Shown piece by piece: positions 46,952 to 56,984 of a stretch of DNA of 61,820 bases. The notes below the pieces were generated by a model. That model worked only from the letters and a program-made list of their open reading frames with translations, was not told the DNA's origin and did no database searches. The stretch comes from Rikenellaceae bacterium (lineage in GTDB: Bacteria; Bacteroidota; Bacteroidia; Bacteroidales; Rikenellaceae), in NCBI GenBank assembly GCA_045632975.1, contig JAZQXR010000024.1, positions 1 to 61,820 of the forward strand. The letters run 5' to 3'. A program made the position numbers and the translations under genes. Numbering within the stretch: the first letter of the stretch is position 1; each line of letters starts with the position of its first letter.

Positions 46952-47326
46952 CTAAAGGATGTGGGAGGCCAACACCCGCTGTATCTCCTTCAAATTGGTT
47001 CCGCGACGAAACTCCTTGACAAGGGGAGTAGTGTTGCCCTTAACCCATATTTTCATCTCGCAATCGTCGTCGAAGGTGCCCGCAGTCTCGATGCAAAACT
47101 GCACAATCGAGCCATAAGGGATGGAGTGATACTCACGCTTGCTGCCTGTGAGCCCCTGCACGTTGAGCAATATCAGTCGGCGCGTAGTGAAAACCCACTT
47201 GTCACGAATAACCTTGAAGGCGGTTTCGATTTGCTCCCCGGGAGCGAGTATATCGGCGAACTCGGCTTGCAGCTCGTCGATGTTCATTTTGGAGGCGTTG
47301 CCCAATATCGAACTTAAGATTGACAT
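46952..47326 (-). CDS. Bacterial PH-domain protein (YokE/bPH-like)
   Basis: The 124-aa sequence ...AFKVIRDKWVFTTRRLILLNVQGLTGSKREYHSIPYGSI... is typical of the bacterial PH fold family. Confidence 0.75.
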   Translation of the reverse strand: MSILSSILGNASKMNIDELQAEFADILAPGEQIETAFKVIRDKWVFTTRRLILLNVQGLTGSKREYHSIPYGSIVQFCIETAGTFDDDCEMKIWVKGNTTPLVKEFRRGTNLKEIQRVLASHIL

Positions 47327-47358
47327 GGCGGTAAAGTTTTAGGTATTTTCTTCTCTTA

Positions 47359-47366
47359 CAAAGTTA
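47359..47366 (-). promoter_or_regulatory. -7 promoter box TAacTTTG for the PH-domain gene
   Basis: The reverse complement of caaagtta is TAACTTTG. It lies ~33 nt upstream of the ATG. Confidence 0.45.
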
Positions 47367-47456
47367 GGAAAAAACAGGCAAACGGCAACAAAGTTCTTGA
47401 TAAATTCCAATAAATTAGCTAACTTGCGATGTGATAAACCCTAAAACCACAATACC

Positions 47457-48410
47457 ATGAAACGTCTTGCACAACTATTGGTTATGATGACAGCCGCGTG
47501 GTTCTGCTTCGGCTGTGAACCTATCACACCGCCCGACACGCCGCCCGAGGACACTCCACCTGCTGTAACGCCACCCGCGGACACCCCGCCCGAAGACACG
47601 CCACCCGCTGACACTCCACCTGTAGATACCCCGCCCGCTGACACTCCGCCCGAAGATACGCCCCCTGCGGATACCGAGGGTAAGGATGTTCAGAGCGTAG
47701 GCGCACTCACCCCCACGGTAAACACCCCCGCCGACCAATTCTTTGTAACGTGGACAGGCGTCGAGAACGCTGCGGGCTACAAGTGCTGGTACGTCATAGA
47801 GGGTGACGACTACGAAACCCCCGCCGAGTATGTTGATGGCGGCGATGGCACCTTCACCGCAAGCTCAAGCACCGCCATGGGCGCAGCTACATATACTTTC
47901 TATGTTCTCCCCATCCCCGCCGAGGGCCATGCGCTGATTAGCGACACCCCCACATCGGTCGAGATTGTGCTGCCCAAATATCAGAAGACGGGTTTCTCGT
48001 ATCGTTTTATGTCGGATAGCGTGGACGAGGGCGTTGAGTACGAGACCGCGTGCTACGACCTGAAAGTTAAGTACAAGAATATCCAATTCCTCAAATCGGA
48101 CAAGACCAAGCCGATTGCAGATAATTGGTATATCTACACCACCTCGCCCGTGGAGGAGATCCACCACCTCGAGATGTGGTACAGCCTCAACTACGACATC
48201 GATACGGAGCCCATCCGCATCTACTCGAGCACTACCCCGGGCGAGCGACAAGCCAAACTCGCTCCCGAGGGTAAAATCATGAGTGGCAAGTGGAAGGTTT
48301 ACTACACCGTGCCCGAGGGCCACAAATATATCTATGTCGAAGGCCTTGACAAATCGTGCTACCTGCTCTGGACATCGTTCTATATCTGCCACGAGCCCAA
48401 CGAGGAGTAA
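47457..48410 (+). CDS. Hypothetical lipoprotein with a Pro-rich pentapeptide linker
   Basis: Lipobox AAWFCFGCEP, followed by the PPxDT repeats and then a globular C-terminal region of unknown family. Confidence 0.65.
   Translation: MKRLAQLLVMMTAAWFCFGCEPITPPDTPPEDTPPAVTPPADTPPEDTPPADTPPVDTPPADTPPEDTPPADTEGKDVQSVGALTPTVNTPADQFFVTWTGVENAAGYKCWYVIEGDDYETPAEYVDGGDGTFTASSSTAMGAATYTFYVLPIPAEGHALISDTPTSVEIVLPKYQKTGFSYRFMSDSVDEGVEYETACYDLKVKYKNIQFLKSDKTKPIADNWYIYTTSPVEEIHHLEMWYSLNYDIDTEPIRIYSSTTPGERQAKLAPEGKIMSGKWKVYYTVPEGHKYIYVEGLDKSCYLLWTSFYICHEPNEE
47529..47675 (+). repeat. In-frame 15-nt tandem repeat encoding (PPxDT) about 10 times
   Basis: PPDTPPEDTPPAVTPPADTPPEDTPPADTPPVDTPPADTPPEDTPPADT. 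Confidence 0.9.
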
Positions 48411-48437
48411 CCGACACAGAGCTCACCAATTTAGCAA

Positions 48438-48480
48438 AGTCCCCAAATGTTTGTCCGACATTTGGGGACTTTGTCTATTT
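48438..48480 (+). terminator. Intrinsic terminator
   Basis: agtccccaaatgt-ttgtccg-acatttggggact followed by ttgtctatttt. Confidence 0.8.
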
Positions 48481-48484
48481 TGTA

Positions 48485-48492
48485 TATCTTTG
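48485..48492 (+). promoter_or_regulatory. -7 promoter box TAtcTTTG driving the TPP riboswitch transcript
   Basis: Matches TAnnTTTG immediately upstream of the THI-box. Confidence 0.5.
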
Positions 48493-48496
48493 CCCC

Positions 48497-48585
48497 CGAT
48501 AAAGGGGTGCTGCCCACACGCGGGCGGCTGAGATTATACCCATTGAACCTGATGCGGGTAATGCCGTCGAAGGGAATATCATATA
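48497..48585 (+). promoter_or_regulatory. TPP (THI-box) riboswitch
   Basis: aaaGGGGTGCtgccc...cgGCTGAGAttatACCCatTGAACCTGATgcGGGTAATGCCgtCGaAGGGAAt contains the conserved GGGGUGC, CUGAGA, ACCC, GAACCUGAU, UAAUGCC and AGGGAA elements. Confidence 0.9.
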
Positions 48586-48621
48586 CTCTTATTGTACACC
48601 CCCTAAACGTATTTTAAAACT

Positions 48622-50850
48622 ATGAATGCAAGAAGACTGACTCTTGCGTCTGCGTTACTACTGTTTTGGGGTAGCGCAGCACGCGCCGCGCAAGCGGACT
48701 CACTGCGGACGGTATCGCTCGACGAGATTACCGTCAACTCTACCGCCACTGCTACTACGCCTGTGGCTTACACCCACCTCTCGGGCGAGGATCTCACCTC
48801 GCACTACTTCGTACAGGACATGCCCTATCTGTTGTCGGGAACTCCCTCGGTCGTTGCGACCTCGGACGCGGGAGCAGGCACGGGCTATACCTATATAAGA
48901 ATACGCGGAACGGACGCCACACGCATCAACGTAACCACCAACGGCGTGCCGATGAACGACCCCGAATCTCACTCGCTCTACTGGGTGAACACCCCCGACT
49001 TGGCCTCGATGATGGGCTCGGTACAGGTTCAGCGCGGTGCGGGCACATCGACCAATGGCGCAGGCGCGTTTGGCGGAAGTATCAACATGACAACCTCGGG
49101 CGCGGGCATTGAGCCTATGGGCGAGGTTACGGCGGTCTATGGCTCATTCAACACCCACCGCGAGAGCATTGCGCTCGGCACGGGTCTTATCGGTGGTGGC
49201 AAATGGGCACTATCGGGTCGTGTGACCAATGTTGGTTCGGATGGCTATATCGACCGCGCGTCGAGTGCCATGCAGAGCTACTTTGCACAAGTGGCCTACT
49301 ATGGTCGTTCGACCTCGGTCAAGGCGCTCTCGTTCGGAGGCAAGCAGCGCACCTACATGGCGTGGAACGGCCTTACCGCCGAGCAGATGGCCACCGACCG
49401 CACCTACAACTCGTGTGGTGAGATTTGGAACGAGGATGGTTCATTGAGCTTTTACCCCGACCAGACCGACAACTATCGCCAGCTGAACAACCAAATCATA
49501 ATCGAGCAACTCCTGGGCAATCGCTGGAAGCTCAACCTGACGGGTCACTACACCCGCGGCGATGGCTACTACGAGGAGTATAAGGGTAGCCGCACCCTCT
49601 CGGAGTATGGCCTTGTGCCCTACACCACTGCCGACGGCTCGACCGTCAAGAAGAGCGACCTTGTTCGCCGCAAAGCCATGTGGAACAACTTTGGCGGCGT
49701 GGTGGCCTCGGCTTCGTACTCTGGCGAGAGGCTCCAAGCTGCGGTTGGTGGCGCGTGGAACCTCTATGCAGGCGACCACTTCGGGCGTGTGCTGTGGGTC
49801 AAAAACTACATCGGCGAGCTCACCACCGACCACGAATACTATCGTAACAGCTCATCGAAACACGACGCCAATATCTTTGCAAAGGCCGATTGGGAGGTTG
49901 CCCGTGGTGTGAACATCTATGCCGATGTGCAGTACCGCGTGGTGCGCCACCGTATCTCGGGTCGCAACGACAACTACAATTGGACGGTGGGCGAGATGCA
50001 GGCACTCAATGTAGACCGCACCTACCATTTCGTCAACCCCAAGCTGGGCGTCTACTATACCATCAACCCCTCGCATCAACTCTACTTGAGCGGTGCCATT
50101 GTGAGCAAGGAGCCTACACGCAACTGCTTTACGGATGCGCGTCCGGGCGAGAATCCCAAGCCCGAGAACATGCTCGACATCGAGCTGGGCTACAAGATGG
50201 ACTACGGTGTGGTACGTGGCGAGGCCAACCTCTACATGATGGGCTATCGCAACCAACTCGTGCAGACGGGCGAGGTGAACGACATCGGCGAGATGATGAT
50301 TACCAACGTGGCTCGCAGCTATCGTGCGGGCGTGGAGCTGGCGGTGGACTATGAGCCTCTGCGTTGGTTTGGTATTCGTGCCTACACCACTTTGAGCCGC
50401 AACCGCGTGCTCGACTACACAGAGTATTTGAGCAACTACGACGCCGATTGGAACGACCTCTACACCCAAAGCACCAACACCATCGCCTCGGCACCGATTG
50501 CTTTCTCGCCGAGCGTGATTGCGGGTACTATGTTCAAGTTTGCCTATCGTGGTTTTGGCGCAACTCTTGCCACCCAATACGTGAGCAAGCAGTATCTGTC
50601 CAACAGCGGTAGCGAGGGGCTCGTTCTGCCCCGCTATTGCACCACCAACCTTGCGCTCTCGTACACCCTCCCCTTGCGCTCACTGCGTGCCGTGGAGTTT
50701 GGTGTGGCGGTAAACAACCTGTTCAATTCGCTGTACGCCAGCAACGGCTATGGCGCAAGCATGATGGTCGGCACCGAGCGAGTGGAGAGCGCATACTACT
50801 TCCCCCAAGCGGGTATCAACGCCGCGGGAAGCATCTCGTTTAAGTTCTAA
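48622..50850 (+). CDS. TonB-dependent receptor, predicted thiamine/TPP-regulated outer-membrane transporter
   Basis: Signal peptide, plug domain (ITVNS...GTDATRINVTTNGVPMNDPES), a 22-strand-size barrel and a terminal ...SISFKF. It is preceded by the TPP riboswitch. Confidence 0.85.
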   Translation: MNARRLTLASALLLFWGSAARAAQADSLRTVSLDEITVNSTATATTPVAYTHLSGEDLTSHYFVQDMPYLLSGTPSVVATSDAGAGTGYTYIRIRGTDATRINVTTNGVPMNDPESHSLYWVNTPDLASMMGSVQVQRGAGTSTNGAGAFGGSINMTTSGAGIEPMGEVTAVYGSFNTHRESIALGTGLIGGGKWALSGRVTNVGSDGYIDRASSAMQSYFAQVAYYGRSTSVKALSFGGKQRTYMAWNGLTAEQMATDRTYNSCGEIWNEDGSLSFYPDQTDNYRQLNNQIIIEQLLGNRWKLNLTGHYTRGDGYYEEYKGSRTLSEYGLVPYTTADGSTVKKSDLVRRKAMWNNFGGVVASASYSGERLQAAVGGAWNLYAGDHFGRVLWVKNYIGELTTDHEYYRNSSSKHDANIFAKADWEVARGVNIYADVQYRVVRHRISGRNDNYNWTVGEMQALNVDRTYHFVNPKLGVYYTINPSHQLYLSGAIVSKEPTRNCFTDARPGENPKPENMLDIELGYKMDYGVVRGEANLYMMGYRNQLVQTGEVNDIGEMMITNVARSYRAGVELAVDYEPLRWFGIRAYTTLSRNRVLDYTEYLSNYDADWNDLYTQSTNTIASAPIAFSPSVIAGTMFKFAYRGFGATLATQYVSKQYLSNSGSEGLVLPRYCTTNLALSYTLPLRSLRAVEFGVAVNNLFNSLYASNGYGASMMVGTERVESAYYFPQAGINAAGSISFKF

Positions 50851-50868
50851 CTAACAAAAGTAACATCT

Positions 50869-51435
50869 ATGGATACACTGAAACTGACTTTGCAAATCGT
50901 GGGGGTGGTGCTCGGACTGCTCTACCTCTGGCTCGAGTACCGAGCCAACGTATGGCTATGGGTGGTGGGTATTGTGATGCCCATGGTCAACGGCATTTTG
51001 TACTACACCTCGGGACTCTACGCCGATATGAGCATGAACGTATACTACGTTCTTGCGGGTATATACGGATGGGTCGTGTGGAACAACCGCAAGCCCGAGC
51101 GTCAGGTATCCATAGGGCACACTCCGCATGGATTGTGGCTGCCCCTGGCGCTGCTGTGTGGCGCGGTGTGGGTGTTCATCTGGTGGGTATTGGTGCGCTT
51201 TACGGACAGTACAGTTCCGGTGCTCGACGCCTTTACCACCGCTTTGAGCATTATCGCCATGTGGATGCTCTCGCGCAAGTATGTCGAACAGTGGCTCGTG
51301 TGGCTTGTGGTCGACGCTGTGACCGTGGGTCTGTATATCTACAAGGGAATCCCACTCACGGCAGGACTCTACACCCTGTATACCGTGCTCGCTTGGGCGG
51401 GCTACCGCCGCTGGCTACGACAAATAGAAGCATAA
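50869..51435 (+). CDS. pnuT: PnuC-family transporter, predicted thiamine transporter PnuT
   Basis: The PnuC-like N-terminus is LYLWLEYRANVWLWVVGIV...GIYGWVVW, with 7 TM segments. The gene is in a TPP-riboswitch operon. Confidence 0.75.
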   Translation: MDTLKLTLQIVGVVLGLLYLWLEYRANVWLWVVGIVMPMVNGILYYTSGLYADMSMNVYYVLAGIYGWVVWNNRKPERQVSIGHTPHGLWLPLALLCGAVWVFIWWVLVRFTDSTVPVLDAFTTALSIIAMWMLSRKYVEQWLVWLVVDAVTVGLYIYKGIPLTAGLYTLYTVLAWAGYRRWLRQIEA

Positions 51436-51436
51436 G

Positions 51437-51470
51437 AGAAGAGCGTGTCCCCCGCGGGACACGCTCTTTT
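51437..51470. terminator. Intrinsic terminator, AGAGCGTGTCC hairpin family
   Basis: agaagagcgtgtccc-ccgc-gggacacgctcttttt. Confidence 0.8.
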
Positions 51471-51680
51471 TAATTCACAATGCACAATTCACAATTAAAT
51501 TGTGGGAGTGCTTAAAAGTTTCGAGGCCAAGGCAGATGCCGGCTCTTATTTTGTCAGAAGCTGTATAACAAGAGCTATTTTGAAGCTGCTCGCAGACCGA
51601 GAAACCGCAGTTTACTGATGGTAAATGAGGATTTCGAGGTCAAGGCAGATGCCAAAAGAGCCTTGTTATACAGCTTCTCT
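51470..51680. repeat. ~210-nt structured intergenic repeat element, copy B
   Basis: It has the AATTCAC heptamers, a perfect 17-bp inverted repeat agaagctgtataacaag (51556-51572) with cttgttatacagcttct (51662-51678), and the tip hairpin tttac/gtaaa. Confidence 0.8.
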
Positions 51681-52923
<1,243 letters not shown>

Positions 52924-52938
52924 ACACCAACCAAAAAA

Positions 52939-55029
52939 ATGAGAACTATTAAAAACTTTTTAGTCATGGCACTTTCGGTATTTGCATTGGGCTCGTGCGG
53001 CTCGGCCGACACAGGCGCAGTATGTGACGCCGACATCGTGCCCACGCTTACTGATGCAGAGCGCGAGGCGGCTCTGTTCACCCCCGAGGTTATGTGGAAG
53101 ATGGGCCGCATCGGAGCACACTCGCTCTCGCCCGATGGCACAACCCTTCTGTACACCATCACCTACTACAGCATCGAGGAGAACAAAGGCACCTCGGCCG
53201 TATTCACCCAACCCGCCGAGGGAGGTCCTCGAGTTCGCCTTACCGAGAACGCACTGAACGCCTCGTCGCCCACTTGGAGCGCCGATGGCAGCACTATCTA
53301 CTACATCACCGATGGCCAACTGTGGAAGATGGCAGCCGACGGTAGCGCCAAAACACAAATGAGCAACATCGAGGGTGGCATCGAGTGCTATGGCATTTCG
53401 CCCGCAGGCGACCACATGTACTACACCGCCAAAGTTCACGTCAAGGATATTCGCTCGGAGCGTCTCCACCCCGACATGGACAAGTCGATGGCCAAAATCT
53501 ATGACGACCTGATGGTACGCCACTGGAACTATTGGGACGAGGGCGACTACTCGCACATCTTTGTTGCTGCAATCGAGGATGGCAAGGTTGGCTCGGCACG
53601 CGACATCATGGAGGGCGAGCCTTGGGATGCACCTATGGCCCCCTACTTCGATGGCGACGAGATAGCATGGAGCAACTCGGGCACCAAACTCGCCTACACC
53701 TGCAAGAAGCTGGCCGGTACCGAGTACGCACTGTCGACCGACTCGGACATCTTCATCTACGACATCGAGAGTGGCACCACCATCAACATGCTCGAGGGCA
53801 AAGGCATGGTTGGTTACGACAAGTACCCCGTATGGTCGCCCGACGACAGCTGCATCGCCTTCACCAGCATGCGCCGCGCGGGTAACGAGTCGGACAAATC
53901 GCGTCTGATGGTTTGCCGTCTGGCCGATGGCTCGATTAGCGACCTTACCGCGTCGTTCGACTACAACGCCGAGAATCTGGTGTGGAACGGCACCGAGGAG
54001 ATTCTCTTCGTCTGCCCCATCGAGGCAACACTCCAAATCTGCCGCGTGGATATGGCCGGCAACGTGAGCGTAATCACCAGCGGCGACCACGACTTGGGCG
54101 GCCTGCGTCTGGCTTCGGGCAAGGCTGTTGTAACTCGCCAAACACTCCAACAAGCAAGCGAACTCTACTCGCTCTCGCTCACCGATGGCGCACTTGCCCC
54201 CATCACCGACATCAACGCCGCCATCTACGAGGGCGTAACTATGGGTGCTGTCGAGAAACATTGGGTTAAAACCACCGACGGCAAGAAGATGCTGGTATGG
54301 GTGGTACTCCCCCCGAACTTCGACCCCGCCAAGAAATACCCCACTCTGCTCTACTGCGAGGGTGGCCCCCAAAGTGTTGTGAGCCAAGGCTGGAGCTATC
54401 GTTGGAATTTCCAGCTGATGGCCGCCGAGGGTTACATTGTGGTTGCTCCCAACCGCCGCGGCCTTCCTTCGTTCGGCCAAGAGTGGCTCGACCAAATCTC
54501 GGGCGACTACTCGGGACAGAACATCCGCGACCTGCTTGCCGCTATCGACTACGTTGCAGCTAAACCGTGGGCTGACGAGGAGCACATGGGTTGTGTCGGC
54601 GCAAGCTATGGCGGCTACTCGACCTTCTTCCTTGCAGGCCACCACGAGAACCGCTTCAAAGCGCTGATTGCCCACTGCGGTATCTTCAACTTCGAGAGCA
54701 TGTACGGTCACACCGAGGAGCTGTTCTTTGTGAACAACGACTACGGCGGCTCGTACTGGAGCAACAACCCCGTAGCAAAACGCTCGTACGCCAACTCGCC
54801 CCACAAATTTGTCAGCAAATGGAACACTCCCATCCTGATTATCACCGGCGAGAAGGACTACCGCGTACCCTACGGCCAAAGCCTCGAAGCCTTCACCGCA
54901 GCCCGTCTGATGGGCGTTCCGGCACGTCTGGTGTCGTTCGAGAACGAGGCGCACCAAGTATTCAAACCGCAGAACAACATGGTTTGGAACCGCGAGTTCT
55001 TCGGCTGGCTCAACAAGTACCTCAAATAG
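52939..55029 (+). CDS. S9 family (prolyl oligopeptidase / acylaminoacyl-peptidase-like) serine peptidase lipoprotein
   Basis: Lipobox VFALGSCGSAD, a PD40/beta-propeller N-terminal half, the nucleophile GASYGGYS and a late GEKDYRVP...EAHQV. Confidence 0.85.
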   Translation: MRTIKNFLVMALSVFALGSCGSADTGAVCDADIVPTLTDAEREAALFTPEVMWKMGRIGAHSLSPDGTTLLYTITYYSIEENKGTSAVFTQPAEGGPRVRLTENALNASSPTWSADGSTIYYITDGQLWKMAADGSAKTQMSNIEGGIECYGISPAGDHMYYTAKVHVKDIRSERLHPDMDKSMAKIYDDLMVRHWNYWDEGDYSHIFVAAIEDGKVGSARDIMEGEPWDAPMAPYFDGDEIAWSNSGTKLAYTCKKLAGTEYALSTDSDIFIYDIESGTTINMLEGKGMVGYDKYPVWSPDDSCIAFTSMRRAGNESDKSRLMVCRLADGSISDLTASFDYNAENLVWNGTEEILFVCPIEATLQICRVDMAGNVSVITSGDHDLGGLRLASGKAVVTRQTLQQASELYSLSLTDGALAPITDINAAIYEGVTMGAVEKHWVKTTDGKKMLVWVVLPPNFDPAKKYPTLLYCEGGPQSVVSQGWSYRWNFQLMAAEGYIVVAPNRRGLPSFGQEWLDQISGDYSGQNIRDLLAAIDYVAAKPWADEEHMGCVGASYGGYSTFFLAGHHENRFKALIAHCGIFNFESMYGHTEELFFVNNDYGGSYWSNNPVAKRSYANSPHKFVSKWNTPILIITGEKDYRVPYGQSLEAFTAARLMGVPARLVSFENEAHQVFKPQNNMVWNREFFGWLNKYLK

Positions 55030-55053
55030 CCCCGAGCCACAAACATCCCATAG

Positions 55054-55097
55054 CGAGGGTGTCCAATCATCAAGATTGCGACACCCTCGTTGTTTTA
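55054..55097 (+). terminator. Intrinsic terminator
   Basis: cgagggtgtc-...-gacaccctcg followed by ttgtttta. Confidence 0.7.
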
Positions 55098-55112
55098 TAG
55101 TTATAAAATAAC

Positions 55113-55120
55113 TATATTTG
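55113..55120 (+). promoter_or_regulatory. -7 promoter box TAtaTTTG upstream of mntP
   Basis: Matches TAnnTTTG 22 nt upstream of the ATG. Confidence 0.45.
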
Positions 55121-55141
55121 CGGCCGAAATTCGAATAAGAA

Positions 55142-55708
55142 ATGACAACTATCGAGATACTCATCATAGCCGTAGGCCTTGCGATGGACGCCTTTGCGGT
55201 GTCGGTCTGCAAGGGGCTCTCTGTACGCCACATAAAAGCGACACACTCCGCGAAGGTAGGCGTATGGTTTGGCGGATTCCAAGCCCTCATGCCTCTGGTC
55301 GGCTACGGTTTGGGTATCAGCTTTGCCAGCATGGTCGAGGCTGTGGACCATTGGATTGCATTTGTGCTGCTCGGCATAATAGGCATAAACATGGTACGCG
55401 AAGCTCTGTCCAAAGACGACGAGTGCAGCATCGACAGCGACTTCTCGGTAAAGGCAATGCTCCCTCTGGCCGTTGCAACAAGCATCGACGCCCTGGCCGT
55501 GGGCGTATCAATGGCATTCCTCGGGGTGAGCATGGGGCGACTTGTGACCTACATAGGTGTCGTCACCTGCATACTGTCGATAGTGGGCCTTCGCTTGGGC
55601 AACATGTTTGGCTGCCGCTTCAAGTCCAAAGCGGAGTTGGCAGGTGGTATAATTCTCATCGGCATGGGTGTCAAAATCCTTGTCGAACACACCATCGGAC
55701 AGGCGTAA
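55142..55708 (+). CDS. mntP: Manganese efflux pump MntP
   Basis: IAVGLAMDAFAVS and a second SIDALAVG half-repeat (DUF204 duplication), with 6 TM segments. Confidence 0.88.
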   Translation: MTTIEILIIAVGLAMDAFAVSVCKGLSVRHIKATHSAKVGVWFGGFQALMPLVGYGLGISFASMVEAVDHWIAFVLLGIIGINMVREALSKDDECSIDSDFSVKAMLPLAVATSIDALAVGVSMAFLGVSMGRLVTYIGVVTCILSIVGLRLGNMFGCRFKSKAELAGGIILIGMGVKILVEHTIGQA

Positions 55709-55804
55709 CTCATTGAAACAGGCTTTCGAGATAACCTCCGCCTATACGCCCAATAGCCCTGTATCATTTTTTCTTATAGAGTTTTTGTTTTTGATAAATG
55801 TGCG

Positions 55805-55812
55805 TATATTTG
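55805..55812 (+). promoter_or_regulatory. -7 promoter box TAtaTTTG for the rplM-rpsI(-rpsB-tsf) cluster
   Basis: Matches TAnnTTTG ~115 nt upstream of the rplM start. Confidence 0.5.
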
Positions 55813-55925
55813 CAGTCCGAAAAAGCCCGGATTGGGCACATTTGGGTGGCGAACCGAGCTTTGTCGGTGAGCCTCAAACAGCAGAAAATTATCATAATCA
55901 AGTATAACTAAAAAACTAATTTACA

Positions 55926-56381
55926 GTGGAATCGAAAAGCTACAAAACGATCTACGCTAACGCATCGACCGTGAACAAAGAGTGGGTTCTCATCGACGCT
56001 AATGGCGAGGTTCTGGGTCGTCTGGCATCGCAAGTTGCCAAGATCCTGCGCGGTAAAAACAAACCGAGCTTCACTCCTAACGTTGATTGCGGCGACAACG
56101 TAATCATCATCAACGCCGACAAAGTTCGTCTGACCGGTAACAAACTCACCGCAAAGACCTACGTTCGTCACACCGGCTACCCCGGCGGTCAACGCTTCAC
56201 TACTCCCGCCGAGTACTTCGCTAAATCGCCTACCACCGTTGTTACCAAAGCGGTAAAAGGTATGCTCCCCAAAACCCGTCTGGGTGAGGCCCTCCTGAAA
56301 AACCTCAAAGTTTACGCAGGCGCAGAGCATCCCCACGAGGCACAAACCCCCAAGGTTGTTAAATTAAACGAGATTAAGTAA
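55926..56381 (+). CDS. rplM: 50S ribosomal protein L13
   Basis: GTG start. KEWVLIDANGEVLGRLASQVAKILRGKNKPSFTPNVDCGDNVIIINADKV is canonical L13. Confidence 0.97.
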   Translation: MESKSYKTIYANASTVNKEWVLIDANGEVLGRLASQVAKILRGKNKPSFTPNVDCGDNVIIINADKVRLTGNKLTAKTYVRHTGYPGGQRFTTPAEYFAKSPTTVVTKAVKGMLPKTRLGEALLKNLKVYAGAEHPHEAQTPKVVKLNEIK

Positions 56382-56383
56382 CA

Positions 56384-56773
56384 ATGGAGCAAGTAGTAAA
56401 TACCGTAGGCCGCAGAAAGGCCGCCGTTGCACGTGTTTTCGTTAAACCCGGTAACGGAACTATCACCATCAACAACAAACCCCTGGAGACCTACTTCCCC
56501 TTGGAGATTTTCCAATACGTTGTAAAACAACCCCTGTTGGTTATCAACGGTGTGGAGAGCTATGACGTTACCATCAACCTCGTAGGTGGCGGTATCAAAG
56601 GTCAAGCAGAGGCTGCTCGTATGGGTATCGCTCGCGCACTTTGCGAGATCGACGCCGAGCTCCGCTCTGTACTCAAAAAGAATGGTTTCCTGACTCGTGA
56701 CTCGCGTGAGGTTGAGCGTAAGAAAGCTGGTCAACCCGGTGCACGTGCCAAATTCCAATTCAGCAAACGTTAG
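56384..56773 (+). CDS. rpsI: 30S ribosomal protein S9
   Basis: GRRKAAVARVFVKPG...GGGIKGQAEA...RKKAGQPGARAKFQFSKR. Confidence 0.97.
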   Translation: MEQVVNTVGRRKAAVARVFVKPGNGTITINNKPLETYFPLEIFQYVVKQPLLVINGVESYDVTINLVGGGIKGQAEAARMGIARALCEIDAELRSVLKKNGFLTRDSREVERKKAGQPGARAKFQFSKR

Positions 56774-56984
56774 TCCATTTCGGCCCGAAGGTTCCAGAAC
56801 CGCGGGATCACTCCGAAGAACATACTCCTTGCAGTGCCCGAGCCCATGTGTTCGGGCCTGCCTACGGAGGGAGTGCTACCACGCAGTTGCCTGACGGCGA
56901 TAAAACAGGCCGGACTACACCACGTACTACCGGCTTGTTGAAGACGAGAATTTTAAGTATAAAATTAAAAACAAAACCAACACA

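Noticed and set aside
47441-47738. Minus-strand ORFs encoding (GGVS)n-like repeats
   Set aside because: They are the antisense translation of the (PPxDT)n tandem repeat in the plus-strand lipoprotein gene.
55030-55141. Possible yybP-ykoY manganese riboswitch upstream of mntP
   Set aside because: The interval is filled by the peptidase terminator and a promoter box only 22 nt before the ATG. There is no room for the ~100-nt four-helix aptamer and no sequence for it.
52960-55290. 776-aa minus-strand ORF
   Set aside because: It is antisense to the S9 peptidase gene, which has a lipobox and a GxSxGG nucleophile, and to the start of mntP. It has no domain features and is a shadow ORF.
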